Notes: generated by a model from the letters alone, not told the origin. A stretch of DNA of 64,000 nucleotides from Candidatus Daviesbacteria bacterium RIFCSPLOWO2_01_FULL_39_23 (GCA_001776935.1 MFDN01000001.1:101449-165448), one strand, 5' to 3'. Numbered from the stretch's first letter, positions 1 to 10,509 are shown. A program made the numbers and translations.

Positions 1-1407
1 GTAAGTTTTTTAGGTGCTTTCATATTTATGTATCTTTTAGTATCTAAACTCTTTGGCAAAATGGGCGGATTAATTTCTGCCCTTTTTTATAGTTTTGCGC
101 CTTATCACGCTCTGGATTTCTACGTTAGGGGAGCAATGGGTGAAATGTGGGCGCTTATGTTATTCCCGGCTGTTTTTTGGGCAATCCTCAAGCTAGAAGA
201 AAAACCCAATTTAACTCACCTCTTGCTGCTTGGAGTATTTAGCGGATTTTTCTTAATTTCTCATAATTTATCGGTAATGATTTTCTTGCCAGTACTTCTG
301 ATTTGGATTATTTTGTTATTCTGGAAACAGAGAAACCTAAAATTCCTTTGGTATACATCTTTTGCATTTTTAATAGGCTTAACATTATCCGCTTTTTATA
401 TTTTGCCAATGATTATTGAGAAGAATTTAGTTCATGTAGATTCCACAACTTCAGGATATTTTTCGTATACAGAGCATTTTAAAGGATTTAAAAAACTATT
501 TTTGGAAAGAACGTGGGGATATGGTGCATCCGTAAGAGAAGTTCCGGGTGGAGAAAGGGACGGATTGTCTTATCAAATAGGGTGGTTGCATCTTTTGGGA
601 TGGCTTATTGCAATAATATCGGCAAAAACTTTATGGAGGAAAAATAAGTGGTTAAGCGTGGTGATTATATCTTTTTCCTTTTTAACCTTATTTGCCATAT
701 TTATGGTTAATCCAAGATCGCAAGCTGTTTGGGATGCAATTGAGCCGTTAAAATACTTACAATTTCCATGGCGCTTTCTTGTTTTAATAACCTTTTTTAT
801 TCCGTTTATGCTAGGAAGTTTTTCTCTCCTGCATTTTAGAGGTAAAAATTTACTTTTCGGGTCTTTAGTTTTAATGGTAGTTGTTTTGAACTTTTCCTAT
901 TTCAGGCCGGAAAAGTTTATTCAAACTGATGACGAAAAACTTTTAATGGGTGATAATTGGGAAAGACAAATAAAAAGATCAATTTTTGATTTTCTTCCTA
1001 TATTTGCCAAAGAACCCCCGGCAGAACTTGCAGAAAGAAGGTATCAAATTCTAACTGGTGATAGTGATGTTTTTGATTTTACCGAAGGGACAAATTCGAT
1101 TTCTTTTAAGACAGATACCCGCACACATACTATTATTCGTCTTTCCCAATATTATTTCCCAGATTGGAAAATATATGTAGATGGTGTTGAAACTAAGGTG
1201 GAGTACAAAAATAATAGCTTGGGTCTTATGACATTTATTTTGGGAAAAGGGAATCACGAGATTTCTGCAAGGCTTTATGATACTCCTATTAGGTCGTTTG
1301 CGAATTTATTGACTCTTGGAGGCTTTGTGTTTAGTGCAGTACTGTTTTTGAGTTCTTTTAGCAGAGTCCGAAAATGGTTCCGTTATTACAGAGAAAGAAT
1401 GAGTTAA
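1..1407 (+). CDS. Polytopic membrane protein, 5'-partial (the reading frame is open to the window edge); possibly a GT-C/YfhO-like glycosyltransferase
   Basis: Long ORF with many hydrophobic helices followed by a C-terminal soluble region. No stop codon lies between position 1 and the first ATG at 28. The family is not recognisable with confidence. Confidence 0.5.
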   Translation, partial: VSFLGAFIFMYLLVSKLFGKMGGLISALFYSFAPYHALDFYVRGAMGEMWALMLFPAVFWAILKLEEKPNLTHLLLLGVFSGFFLISHNLSVMIFLPVLLIWIILLFWKQRNLKFLWYTSFAFLIGLTLSAFYILPMIIEKNLVHVDSTTSGYFSYTEHFKGFKKLFLERTWGYGASVREVPGGERDGLSYQIGWLHLLGWLIAIISAKTLWRKNKWLSVVIISFSFLTLFAIFMVNPRSQAVWDAIEPLKYLQFPWRFLVLITFFIPFMLGSFSLLHFRGKNLLFGSLVLMVVVLNFSYFRPEKFIQTDDEKLLMGDNWERQIKRSIFDFLPIFAKEPPAELAERRYQILTGDSDVFDFTEGTNSISFKTDTRTHTIIRLSQYYFPDWKIYVDGVETKVEYKNNSLGLMTFILGKGNHEISARLYDTPIRSFANLLTLGGFVFSAVLFLSSFSRVRKWFRYYRERMS

Positions 1408-1413
1408 GTAAAT

Positions 1414-2892
1414 ATGAATGAAAGAGTTGAGCCAATAGATCCAACCCAGGAGTTTACTGCAGATGTTATAAAAAAAAGAGCAGTCAAAGGTGCAGCAATA
1501 TTAACAGGAAGAAATGTTTTAATTCAGGTTGTCTCTTTTTTTTCTACAGCCTTATTGACTATTTTTCTTGCTCCTTCCGAATTTGGTGTGTTTTTTTTGG
1601 TCTCAGCTGTAAAAAACTTTTTGGCTTATTTTAGCGATATCGGTTTTGCAGCAGCATTAATTCAAAAAAGAGAGAAATTAGAAGCTGTAGAGTTAAAAAC
1701 AGTCTTTACAGTGCAACAGGCGTTAATTGTTTTGTTGCTTATTGTGGTTTTTATATCTACGCCTTTAATTAAAAATATTTATAATTTAGATCAGAAAGCA
1801 GTTTATTTGCTTTGGGCACTTACTTTTTCTTTGCTTTTCTCCTCGCTTAAAACCATCCCCTCAGTTTTGATGGAAAGAAAATTGGAGTTTAATAAATGGG
1901 TAATTCCTCAAATTATTGAGACAATTGTTTTTAATTTGACGGCGGTTTATTTGGCTTGGAGAGGATTTGGTATAACAAGTTACACTGTCGCGGTATTGTT
2001 ATCCGGGCTTTTGGGACTTGTGATAACTTATATTGTGCAACCCTGGTTTCCCAGATTTGCATTTTCTCTTAAAGCTTTTAAATCGGTATTGAAATTTGGT
2101 GTTCCCTATCAGGTTAATACTCTTCTTGCGATGATAAAAGATGATGGTATGACTCTGTTTTTGGGGGTAATAATCGGTCCGCAAGGAGTGGGGCTTTTGG
2201 GGTGGGCGCAAAAGTGGGCATATGCACCATTACGGTTTTTTATGGATCAGGTGATAAAAGTTACATTCCCTGCATTTTCCAGGCTGCAGGATGATAAGGC
2301 TGCTTTGTCGGATTTAGTGACAAAATCGATATTTTTTGTATGCCTTCTAGTTTTTCCCGCTTTAGTTATACTTGTATTAGTGGCGCCGATTTTAGTGCAG
2401 ATTATTCCCAAATATATTAAATGGAGTCCTGCCCTGTTTGCGCTTTCTATTTTGGCGCTTACTTCTGCTCTTGCAGCTATTACTACACCTTTAACTAACA
2501 CTCTAAATGCAATAGGCAAGATATATTTAACTTTTAAGCTAATGATTATGTGGACTTTTCTTACCTGGGCTTTTGTCCCTCTTTTTGCTTATTTTTTTGG
2601 TTTAAATGGAGCCGCAATTGGATTTACCCTTGTGGGGTTAAGTTCTTTTGTTGCATTGCGTTTGGTTTCTAAACATGTTGATATAAACTACAAAAGAAGC
2701 GTTGGAAAGCCGTTGCTTGCCTCAATCGTAATGGGGGTTTTGGTATTCCTGACAGGAGGGTTGTTGCCAGCATCATTTCAACAAGTAATTATAATGATTG
2801 TCTTAGGTTTTGTCATTTATCTTTTCACAATTTTTGCCCTTGAACCAAATCTAAAAACCTTAATTATCAATCAAATGAAAAAAAGACAATGA
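1414..2892 (+). CDS. Wzx-like oligosaccharide/polysaccharide flippase (MOP superfamily polysaccharide biosynthesis protein)
   Basis: 492 aa with about 12-14 predicted TM helices and an N-terminal basic stretch before TM1, which is the typical Wzx/PST architecture. It sits 6 nt after the previous gene. Confidence 0.6.
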   Translation: MNERVEPIDPTQEFTADVIKKRAVKGAAILTGRNVLIQVVSFFSTALLTIFLAPSEFGVFFLVSAVKNFLAYFSDIGFAAALIQKREKLEAVELKTVFTVQQALIVLLLIVVFISTPLIKNIYNLDQKAVYLLWALTFSLLFSSLKTIPSVLMERKLEFNKWVIPQIIETIVFNLTAVYLAWRGFGITSYTVAVLLSGLLGLVITYIVQPWFPRFAFSLKAFKSVLKFGVPYQVNTLLAMIKDDGMTLFLGVIIGPQGVGLLGWAQKWAYAPLRFFMDQVIKVTFPAFSRLQDDKAALSDLVTKSIFFVCLLVFPALVILVLVAPILVQIIPKYIKWSPALFALSILALTSALAAITTPLTNTLNAIGKIYLTFKLMIMWTFLTWAFVPLFAYFFGLNGAAIGFTLVGLSSFVALRLVSKHVDINYKRSVGKPLLASIVMGVLVFLTGGLLPASFQQVIIMIVLGFVIYLFTIFALEPNLKTLIINQMKKRQ

Positions 2893-5800
2893 AAAAAATA
2901 CTCTTGCTCTTTTTGCTATTACTGGTGCCTATTCTTTTTGTTCCTTCTGCTTTCGCTCAAAATAAATCATTTATCTCAATAATAAATCCCATAAGAGGTC
3001 AGGATTTTTGGGATATAAAAGAGCAAAAACCAGAGACGGCAGTAGCAGGGCAAATTACCATTTTGAATAATTTCAATTTAGTAGCTACCTGGCTACTGCG
3101 GTTTGATGCTCTTGATGATAAAAATATTATTAATATTTTAAACGAAAGGCCGAAGGATGAGAAAGGGTTGTTTTTAGAAATTACTCCAACCTGGACAACG
3201 CAGGCTAAAATCGAATACCGGAAATCCGACAGCTGGCATGCAGCTGGAAGTGCTTTTTTAACAGGTTACGAGCTAAATGAGCGGAAAAAACTGATAGATG
3301 CAGCTTTTGAGAAATTTGAAAATACCTTTGGATATTATCCATCTTCAGTTGGAGCTTGGTGGATAGACAGCTATTCTTTAAGTTATATGCAGGAAAAGTA
3401 TGCAGTATCCTCGGCGTTGATTGTTTCTGATCAATACTCAACAGACAATTATCAAATTTGGGGACAATATTTTTCAACACCATACTATCCTGCCAAAAAT
3501 AATGCTCTTCACCCTGCGAAAAGTTTAGAGAATAAACTTGATGTTGTAATGGTGCAGTGGGCACAGAGAGACCCTGTAAACAGCTATGGCAATGGAGTAA
3601 CAGAAAGCACGTATAGCGTGCAGGCAAATGATTATATGGACTATCACAGTCTAGGTGTAGATTACTTTTCAAAACTTATTGATATTTATACAAAACAAAA
3701 GTTTAATCGGTTTAACCATTTGGTAGTAGGCCTTGAAAACTCCTATGAATGGAATAAATATTTGGGAGAATATAAGAACCAAATTGAGGTTTTGAGGAAG
3801 AAGAGTGATTCTGGTCAGTTAGCTGTAGTTTCCATGAAAGATTTTGCCTCTTGGTATAAATCAGCTTTTCGGGAACTTTCTCCAAAGCAGTTAATTGTGG
3901 CAGATGATCCCCTAGGCTCTTTTAAGAAAGTTGTTTGGTTTATGAATCCATATTATCGAGCTGGATGGTTTTATAATACTGATGGAAGTGTGTTTAGGGA
4001 TATCAGGCAATATATAGAAGGAGAAGAAGAAATTTGTTTCAAAAAAAGCTGCAAAGAAGTTAATTTTGCAACTTTTGCTACACGAGTTTTAGATGAGGTA
4101 AGTTTTGGACATAAATGGATAATAGATGAGGGTAAAATTTCTGAATTTGAAGTTTCTGAAAAAGATGATAGTTTCGTCCTAAGCTATGTAAATGAGGCAG
4201 GGAAGGATAGAGAAATTGAATTTTTGCCCCGAGATTTGCGTGTAAACGGGAAGGTTTCTTCAATAGATGGGGCGATTCTTGACGCTATAAAACAGGATAC
4301 CTTAATTTCAAAAGAGAAAAAAGAATTTCCCGATAAAGAATTTAATTGGACTATTAGTGGTGTTTTATCTAAGACAATTAGATTTTTATTATTTTTAATA
4401 TTTATTTGTGTGGTACCGGGGTTTGTCGTAACTAATAAGTTATTGGAGAAAAATGATTCTACTTTGCGCAGGATATTTTTAGCCTTGACGGTTGGCGGTG
4501 TTTTATTGACTATAATTTTTTATATAACAAGTCTTTTGAATTTGAGATTTTTGATCTTTGTCTATATTTTTACCGCTTTATTGCTCTTTTTTAGGATGCA
4601 AAGGTCTAGTTTTTCTAAAATTAAATTAGGGAAAAATTGGGATAAATTAAATATAATAACAATGCTTATTGTTATATCTGGGTCGCTTTTTCAAAATATC
4701 CCCAGTTTTAAAAACGGTTTAGTATTCTCGTTTGGAATGGGGCTTTGGGGACCTAATACACACGATGGAATCTGGCATATAAGTTTAATTAATCAGTTGC
4801 TTCGGGGAATACCTGTTGAAAATCCTATCTATGCCGGTACCATTCTAAAAAATTATCACTTTTTCTATGACTTGTTGATTGCAGCGACAGCTTATTTTAC
4901 TAAAATTCCCATTATAGATTTAGTTTTTAGATTTTATCCTGTACTTTTTTCTTTGTTTTTAGGCATAGGTTCTTATCACCTGGTGATGAAGCTTTTCTTG
5001 GGCAGGATGGGAGTTGTAAAGACAAAAGTTGCCGCAATATTAAGTTTATTTTTCATCTACTTTGCAGGAAGCTTTGGATGGATTGCAGAATATTTGCGGG
5101 GAAAAACTTTTGGTGGTGAATCTGCATTTTGGGCTAATCAATCAATTTCATTTAATTTAAATCCGCCTTTTGCAATCTCACTAATTATTATTATTGCCTT
5201 TTTAAACCTTTTGTTAAACAGAAAAACAATGGGAAGCCGGATGGGAATTTTTGTATCAACACTATTATTAGGAAGCTTAGTGGGATTTAAAGCGTATGCT
5301 GCTGTTTTGGCAATATCTTCACTACTTTTTATATCTCTTATAAATATATTTAAGAAGGAATATTCATATCTTTTGATTTCCGCATTTTCGTTATTTTTTT
5401 CTTTTTTTGTGTTTCTGTTTAATTTTCAATCTAATGCGCAACTTATGATTTTTTCTCCGTTTTGGTTGATTCATTCGATGATTGATTCACCGGATCGGGT
5501 AGGATGGACTAAGCTGTCAATTGCAAGAATAGCTGGTTTAGAAACGAAAAATTGGTTTAAATTTCTCTCTGTGGAAGCTATAAGTCTATTAATATTTATT
5601 GCCGGGAACTTAGGCGTAAGGATTTTAAGTCTGGGGTCACTAGTAAAAATAAAAGATATAGTTAAAGATAATAATCTTCTGTTTATTTTAGTATTTACGA
5701 TTTTATCTTTTTTGATACCGATATTTTTTATCCAATCAGGAAACCCCTGGAATGTAATCCAATTTTCTTATTACGGTCTTTATGTAACGGCTCTTGCTAC

Positions 5801-6341
5801 TGGTCCGATTTTAGCTTATTTAATTTTTAGGTTGCCTAAATTATTATCTTTTTTAATAATACTTGGGGTCTTGGTATTAACACCAATTAATTCAGTTACT
5901 ACTGCTACCTACTATTTAGGATTTTTACCTCATGGCAGAATCGATAACAAAGAATTAGAAGCCTTGAATTTTCTATTTAAGCAGGAATACGGGACTGTGT
6001 TGACTTATCCTTATGATAGGAGATTACAGCAAAAAATATCGGAACCTTGGCCTCTGTTTGCCTATGATAGTACTGCTTATGTAGCAGCTTTATCAGGCAA
6101 AGCAGTTTTTTTGGAAGATGAAGGGCAAAATCAGATTCTTTTAACTGATTATAAAAGAAGGCTTATTGCTGCTAAAGATTTTTTTCAAAGCAATTTTCTT
6201 GATGGGAATACGTTCTTGGAGAATAATAAAATTAAATATATTTATATTCCAAAAGCTTTCAAGATTCGCATGGAAGGTTCGTCATTAAGTGTTAAAAATA
6301 TTTTTGAAAATGATGAGGTGATAATTTACAGTGTAATCTAA
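2889..6341 (+). CDS. Large envelope protein of unassigned 'family B': signal peptide, an extracytoplasmic domain of about 480 aa, a polytopic membrane domain and a conserved C-terminal tail
   Basis: 1150 aa. The N-terminus MKKILLLFLLLLVPILFVPSAFA is a signal peptide. The membrane domain carries GxWGPNTHDGIWHISLINQL...AGTILKNYHFFYDLL, shared with the next two genes. A 4-nt ATGA overlap links it to the flippase gene. Confidence 0.6.
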   Translation: MKKILLLFLLLLVPILFVPSAFAQNKSFISIINPIRGQDFWDIKEQKPETAVAGQITILNNFNLVATWLLRFDALDDKNIINILNERPKDEKGLFLEITPTWTTQAKIEYRKSDSWHAAGSAFLTGYELNERKKLIDAAFEKFENTFGYYPSSVGAWWIDSYSLSYMQEKYAVSSALIVSDQYSTDNYQIWGQYFSTPYYPAKNNALHPAKSLENKLDVVMVQWAQRDPVNSYGNGVTESTYSVQANDYMDYHSLGVDYFSKLIDIYTKQKFNRFNHLVVGLENSYEWNKYLGEYKNQIEVLRKKSDSGQLAVVSMKDFASWYKSAFRELSPKQLIVADDPLGSFKKVVWFMNPYYRAGWFYNTDGSVFRDIRQYIEGEEEICFKKSCKEVNFATFATRVLDEVSFGHKWIIDEGKISEFEVSEKDDSFVLSYVNEAGKDREIEFLPRDLRVNGKVSSIDGAILDAIKQDTLISKEKKEFPDKEFNWTISGVLSKTIRFLLFLIFICVVPGFVVTNKLLEKNDSTLRRIFLALTVGGVLLTIIFYITSLLNLRFLIFVYIFTALLLFFRMQRSSFSKIKLGKNWDKLNIITMLIVISGSLFQNIPSFKNGLVFSFGMGLWGPNTHDGIWHISLINQLLRGIPVENPIYAGTILKNYHFFYDLLIAATAYFTKIPIIDLVFRFYPVLFSLFLGIGSYHLVMKLFLGRMGVVKTKVAAILSLFFIYFAGSFGWIAEYLRGKTFGGESAFWANQSISFNLNPPFAISLIIIIAFLNLLLNRKTMGSRMGIFVSTLLLGSLVGFKAYAAVLAISSLLFISLINIFKKEYSYLLISAFSLFFSFFVFLFNFQSNAQLMIFSPFWLIHSMIDSPDRVGWTKLSIARIAGLETKNWFKFLSVEAISLLIFIAGNLGVRILSLGSLVKIKDIVKDNNLLFILVFTILSFLIPIFFIQSGNPWNVIQFSYYGLYVTALATGPILAYLIFRLPKLLSFLIILGVLVLTPINSVTTATYYLGFLPHGRIDNKELEALNFLFKQEYGTVLTYPYDRRLQQKISEPWPLFAYDSTAYVAALSGKAVFLEDEGQNQILLTDYKRRLIAAKDFFQSNFLDGNTFLENNKIKYIYIPKAFKIRMEGSSLSVKNIFENDEVIIYSVI

Positions 6342-8347
6342 TGTTAGCCATTCTTTTTCTAAATCTTTTTATATTTATTTTTTTAGTATTTTTAACTATT
6401 TTCCTGCCCGGTTTGCTATTTTTGTCAAAGGTATATAGAAAAATAAATAAAGTTGAAATTATTTCACTCTCTTTTTGTTTAGGAATTGTTTTATTTGTAG
6501 GTTTAGGAATTATTTTGGGGTTTATTCATTTAAGATTTTTATTATTGCCTACCCTATTAATATTGGGGTTTTTATCCATAATAAAATTTAGGAAATTTGC
6601 CTTTTCTGTGTGGACAAGCTTTAGGACAGATAAGCTTTTGCTTTTGATTATCTTGGCCGGTATTTTAATGCAGGGATTCATTAGCTTCCCGAGCGGGTAT
6701 CATTATAAGGAAGGGTTGCTATTTTGGAGTTCTCAGGGGTTTGATGGTTTTTGGCATATTTCTATAATGGAGGAAATAAAAAAAGAATTTCCGCCCCAGA
6801 TTCCTACTTTTGCAGGAGAGAAATTGGTAAACTATCATTTTCTTTCCGATATTTTGATGGGAGAATTTGCTAGGATTTTTTCTTTTTTTTCATCATTGGA
6901 TTTATATTTTAGGTTTTTCCCGGTGTTATTTTCCTTCCTGATGGGTATTAGTGTGTTTGCTTTTGTCCAGAAATGGCAAAATAGAAAGATCGCTTACTGG
7001 GCGCTAATTTTTACCTATTTTACAGGCAGTTTCGGATATGTTATTACCTTTCTAAGAAACGGACAATTATTTGGGGGCGAAACCGTTTTTTGGGCTGCCC
7101 AACTAAATACAGTGATTGCGAATCCGCCGCACGCAGTTGCCATTAGTCTTTTGCTTTCTTTTTTATTATCTCTCTTGCTTTTTTTTGAGGAAAGAAAAAA
7201 AATTTGGTTTTTTATTACAATTGTTTGCGCCTTAATGATTGCTGGTTTTAAGGTGTCTGCGGGTGTAGTTCTTTTGGCAGGTTTAGGTGCCGCTGCTTTG
7301 GTTGATCTTATTGTGAACCGAAAGCTGGATTTATTCTATTTACTTATTACTCTTGGGGTATCAAATTTTGCCGTTATAAAATTTATGACTAAAGGAGTGG
7401 GGGAATATTTAATTTGGGAACCTTGGTGGTTTATTAGAACAATGGTGGTAGCCAAATTGGATTGGATGGATTTGGAGTTAAGGAGGCAGCACTATGCATC
7501 AAAGGGAACGTGGCATTCCTGGCTTAGGGTTTTACAGATAGAAATAATGGCTTTTTCCATATTTTTGGTTGGGAATCTAGGAATGAGAGTAATTGGATTT
7601 ATAGAAATATTTAAAAAAATATTATTAAAAAAACAATGGCTTTATAATAAACCTTTTGAAGCAGGCATTTTGGCGATGATGCTCACTGGCTTTATAATCC
7701 CACTATTTTTTCTGCAAAAGGGGATTGCGTACAATACCGTTCAGTTTATGCAATATTTTTTGCTGTTTTTTGGTTTTTACGGCGCTATTGCAACGGAGAA
7801 AATAAGTGAGCAAATAAAAAATAAGCTGTTTAGGTTCCTCTTTGTAATACTTGTGATTATTCTTTCTGTACCGACAGTGATTGGCAATCTTGTAGAATTT
7901 TACGGACCGGGGAAAACACCTTTGGCAAAGATTTCAAATGAAGAGATGGAGGCATTGCAATTCTTAAGGACTCATTCGGAGGAAGATGACATAATCCTGA
8001 ACCCATCTTTTGATAAATCCTTAAAGGATAGATACAATTCCCAGCCTTTTCCTATATATGCCTGGTACAGTACCGGGTACATCTCCGGTCTTACAGGACG
8101 AAGGACGTATCTTTCATTAGAAGAAATGGTGATCCAGACAGGATTTGATTATGAAGGACGAGTTTTAAAAGTAAATAGTTTTTTTGAAAAAAATGATACT
8201 TTAGCCAATAGAAAATTGCTTAAGGAAGAAGGGATTAGTTTTGTGTATATTCCGAAGGATCAATTAAAGGCGCAACTGGATTTAAAACAAAATTACCTGG
8301 ATCTTATTTTTGAAAACTCAGAAGTAATAATTTACAAAGTAATTTAA
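6341..8347 (+). CDS. Polytopic membrane protein, 'family B' paralog 2 (putative GT-C-like glycosyltransferase or polymerase)
   Basis: 668 aa. It contains SQGFDGFWHISIMEEIKKEFPPQIPTFAGEKLVNYHF, WEPWWFIRTM, and a C-terminal YIPK...NSEVIIYKVI tail shared with paralogs 1 and 3. A TAATG overlap links it to the upstream gene. Confidence 0.6.
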   Translation: MLAILFLNLFIFIFLVFLTIFLPGLLFLSKVYRKINKVEIISLSFCLGIVLFVGLGIILGFIHLRFLLLPTLLILGFLSIIKFRKFAFSVWTSFRTDKLLLLIILAGILMQGFISFPSGYHYKEGLLFWSSQGFDGFWHISIMEEIKKEFPPQIPTFAGEKLVNYHFLSDILMGEFARIFSFFSSLDLYFRFFPVLFSFLMGISVFAFVQKWQNRKIAYWALIFTYFTGSFGYVITFLRNGQLFGGETVFWAAQLNTVIANPPHAVAISLLLSFLLSLLLFFEERKKIWFFITIVCALMIAGFKVSAGVVLLAGLGAAALVDLIVNRKLDLFYLLITLGVSNFAVIKFMTKGVGEYLIWEPWWFIRTMVVAKLDWMDLELRRQHYASKGTWHSWLRVLQIEIMAFSIFLVGNLGMRVIGFIEIFKKILLKKQWLYNKPFEAGILAMMLTGFIIPLFFLQKGIAYNTVQFMQYFLLFFGFYGAIATEKISEQIKNKLFRFLFVILVIILSVPTVIGNLVEFYGPGKTPLAKISNEEMEALQFLRTHSEEDDIILNPSFDKSLKDRYNSQPFPIYAWYSTGYISGLTGRRTYLSLEEMVIQTGFDYEGRVLKVNSFFEKNDTLANRKLLKEEGISFVYIPKDQLKAQLDLKQNYLDLIFENSEVIIYKVI

Positions 8348-10443
8348 TTTACTTTCCAGATTTCTATACTGTTGTTATCAAATAACTTTAAGAAATCTGT
8401 TTTATTAAGGTCTAATTTTGGTCTTAATATTTTTGGAAAATATATGTAATTTATTCCTATTTCTTTTAAAGTTTTATCTAAATTATGCGGATTTTCTATA
8501 TCAATAAAAATTTTTCTTTCCATTTCTAATCTTTTATTTAAATCATAACCCATGATATCAACCTGCTCTGTGTCTGCAATATAAGTTCTTCTTGCAGAAA
8601 ATGCAGATACGTAAGCTGTGTCAAACCAAGCCCAAATAGGAGGTGTAGCAATATTAAGGTTTAGATATTTATCATGTGGTGGAGTAAGAATGACGGTGTT
8701 ATTATCAGTCTTAAGCTTTAGGAAATTTAATGCCTCTATTTCGTCCGAAGTAATTTTTGCAAGAGGAGGTTTATGGTAGAAATCGTAAAGCAGGCCGATT
8801 TGCGTAGGAACGGAAAGCGCTACGATAATAACTATAAAAAGTATCTTTAGGATTTTTAATTTTATTTTATTTTGAATCAGTGAAACAGTAAGCGCAGCTA
8901 AAATTCCGAAAAGCAGCAGGAAGTACTGCAAGAATTGACTTGTATTTCCAGCCACACCTTTTTGTAAAAATAATAAGGGTAAGATTAAAGAAATTATGAT
9001 AATAAATATAATTAACTGAAATAAGTAATTGTTTGATGACTTTTTCAGCAGTTTAACAAGGTGTATAAGGCCTAAAAATTTGGTTCCCAAATTTCCCAAA
9101 AAGAAAATTAAGAATCCGGTTGTTTCTATTTGTAAAACTCTTTTCCAATTTCCCTCAGCGATATATGTTTGCCTTTTAAGTTCCAAATCCAGCCAATTTA
9201 ATCGAGAGGGCGCAACTATCATAGTCCTAATAAACCACCAGGGTTCCCAAATTAAAAATGAGGCGGAATTTTGGGTGTTGGGAATATACAAAATAGCAGA
9301 AAGTAAACTGCTTAAAGCAAACAAGGAAAAAACATTAAATTTCTTTTCCCTAATTATTTGTATTAACCCTACAATGCCCAAGCCGATCAAAATAACCAGA
9401 GCTGCATATACTTTAAATACGGCTAATGTGCCTGCGACTATGAAGCATAGCAGGAATATAACTACATCTTTTTTTGAAAGATAAATATAAAATAAATACA
9501 AAAATAACATAACTAAAATGTTAGAAATAATTTGAGGTGGATTGCCGATAGAGCTTTGAATTTGAGTTGCCCAAAATATACTTTCGCCTCCTATGCTTTG
9601 GTTTTTTATCCATGTTGCGATATAACCAAAACTCCCTGCAAAGTATACAAAAAAGACAGACCAGACACCGCTTGAGTAAGATCCTCCCAATTTTTTTCCT
9701 AACAAGTAAGCTATTGATCCAAGTAACACAGAAAAAATAAAAGGAAAAAATCTAAAATATAAGTCTAAGTTAGAAAATTGGAAGAACTTACTAAATTGGG
9801 CAGGAGCTATATCTGAAAAGAAATGATAATTAACTAATTTTTCTCCTGCAAAAGCAGGATTTTGAAGTGGGTAGCCTTTTTTAATCTCCTCCATTAAGGC
9901 AATATGCCATGCTCCGTCGTGACCATTTGAACTCCAAAAAACTAAATCTTTATTAAAATATGTACCGCTTGGCGCAATCACTGCCATCTGACCGGTTATG
10001 CCCAGTATAAAGACAAAAAATAAAAAAATAAGCTGCTTTTTGGGAAGCAGATCTAAATTTATTCTAAAACCGGAATACCGTGCCGCCTTTTGATCTGAGA
10101 TTTCAGGATCGAAGACTTGTTGCGGTGGTGAATGTTTCAGAGAAGAACTTGCTCGAAGGGATACCCCGCAGTCTGCTGCAGAGTAGTTCATTTTCGATCG
10201 GAATATATTTTTTGTGCAGAATAAACTCATGAGTCCGAATATTGGTATAAGAAGAAAAGAAGCGTTTATTATCAACAGGCCATAAGCCATAAGAGTAAAT
10301 AATACAAATCCAATGATAGTGCCTATTGTAATTTTTTCAAAAAATGTAAGCATTATCTTACTCCTTTGCAAAAGTAAAATCCCGGGCAAGGTAAAAAATA
10401 TCAAAGTAAATAATAAGAAAAGAGTTGGGTATGCAAAGGCCAT
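8344..10443 (-). CDS. Polytopic membrane protein, 'family B' paralog 3
   Basis: 699 aa. It contains SSNGHDGAWHIALMEEIKKGYPLQNPAFAGEKLVNYHFFSD and WEPWWFIRTM, and has the same C-terminal tail type. It lies tail-to-tail with paralog 2 and shares stop codons with it (TTAA). It also carries a compositionally odd insertion of about 55 aa after TM2. Confidence 0.6.
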   Translation of the reverse strand: MAFAYPTLFLLFTLIFFTLPGILLLQRSKIMLTFFEKITIGTIIGFVLFTLMAYGLLIINASFLLIPIFGLMSLFCTKNIFRSKMNYSAADCGVSLRASSSLKHSPPQQVFDPEISDQKAARYSGFRINLDLLPKKQLIFLFFVFILGITGQMAVIAPSGTYFNKDLVFWSSNGHDGAWHIALMEEIKKGYPLQNPAFAGEKLVNYHFFSDIAPAQFSKFFQFSNLDLYFRFFPFIFSVLLGSIAYLLGKKLGGSYSSGVWSVFFVYFAGSFGYIATWIKNQSIGGESIFWATQIQSSIGNPPQIISNILVMLFLYLFYIYLSKKDVVIFLLCFIVAGTLAVFKVYAALVILIGLGIVGLIQIIREKKFNVFSLFALSSLLSAILYIPNTQNSASFLIWEPWWFIRTMIVAPSRLNWLDLELKRQTYIAEGNWKRVLQIETTGFLIFFLGNLGTKFLGLIHLVKLLKKSSNNYLFQLIIFIIIISLILPLLFLQKGVAGNTSQFLQYFLLLFGILAALTVSLIQNKIKLKILKILFIVIIVALSVPTQIGLLYDFYHKPPLAKITSDEIEALNFLKLKTDNNTVILTPPHDKYLNLNIATPPIWAWFDTAYVSAFSARRTYIADTEQVDIMGYDLNKRLEMERKIFIDIENPHNLDKTLKEIGINYIYFPKILRPKLDLNKTDFLKLFDNNSIEIWKVN

Positions 10444-10509
10444 ATCTTTTATTTTACATTATCGGAAAAACAAATTCTTACCCGCTGTTATTTTGCATGA
10501 TATACTGGA

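Noticed and set aside
3205-3672. Antisense ORFs nested inside large genes (for example 3205..3672, 9029..9484, 33703..34119, 55517..55972 and 56650..56928)
   Set aside because: They lie entirely within strong opposite-strand CDSs, show no recognisable motifs, and have biased low-complexity composition. They are typical spurious shadow ORFs.
10040-10230. Compositionally distinct insertion of about 55 aa in family-B paralog 3 (KMNYSAADCGVSLRASSSLKHSPPQQVFDPEISDQKAARYSGFRINLDLLPKKQ) as a possible inserted element
   Set aside because: It has no repeats, flanking duplications or coding potential on the other strand. It is most simply a lineage-specific loop insertion.
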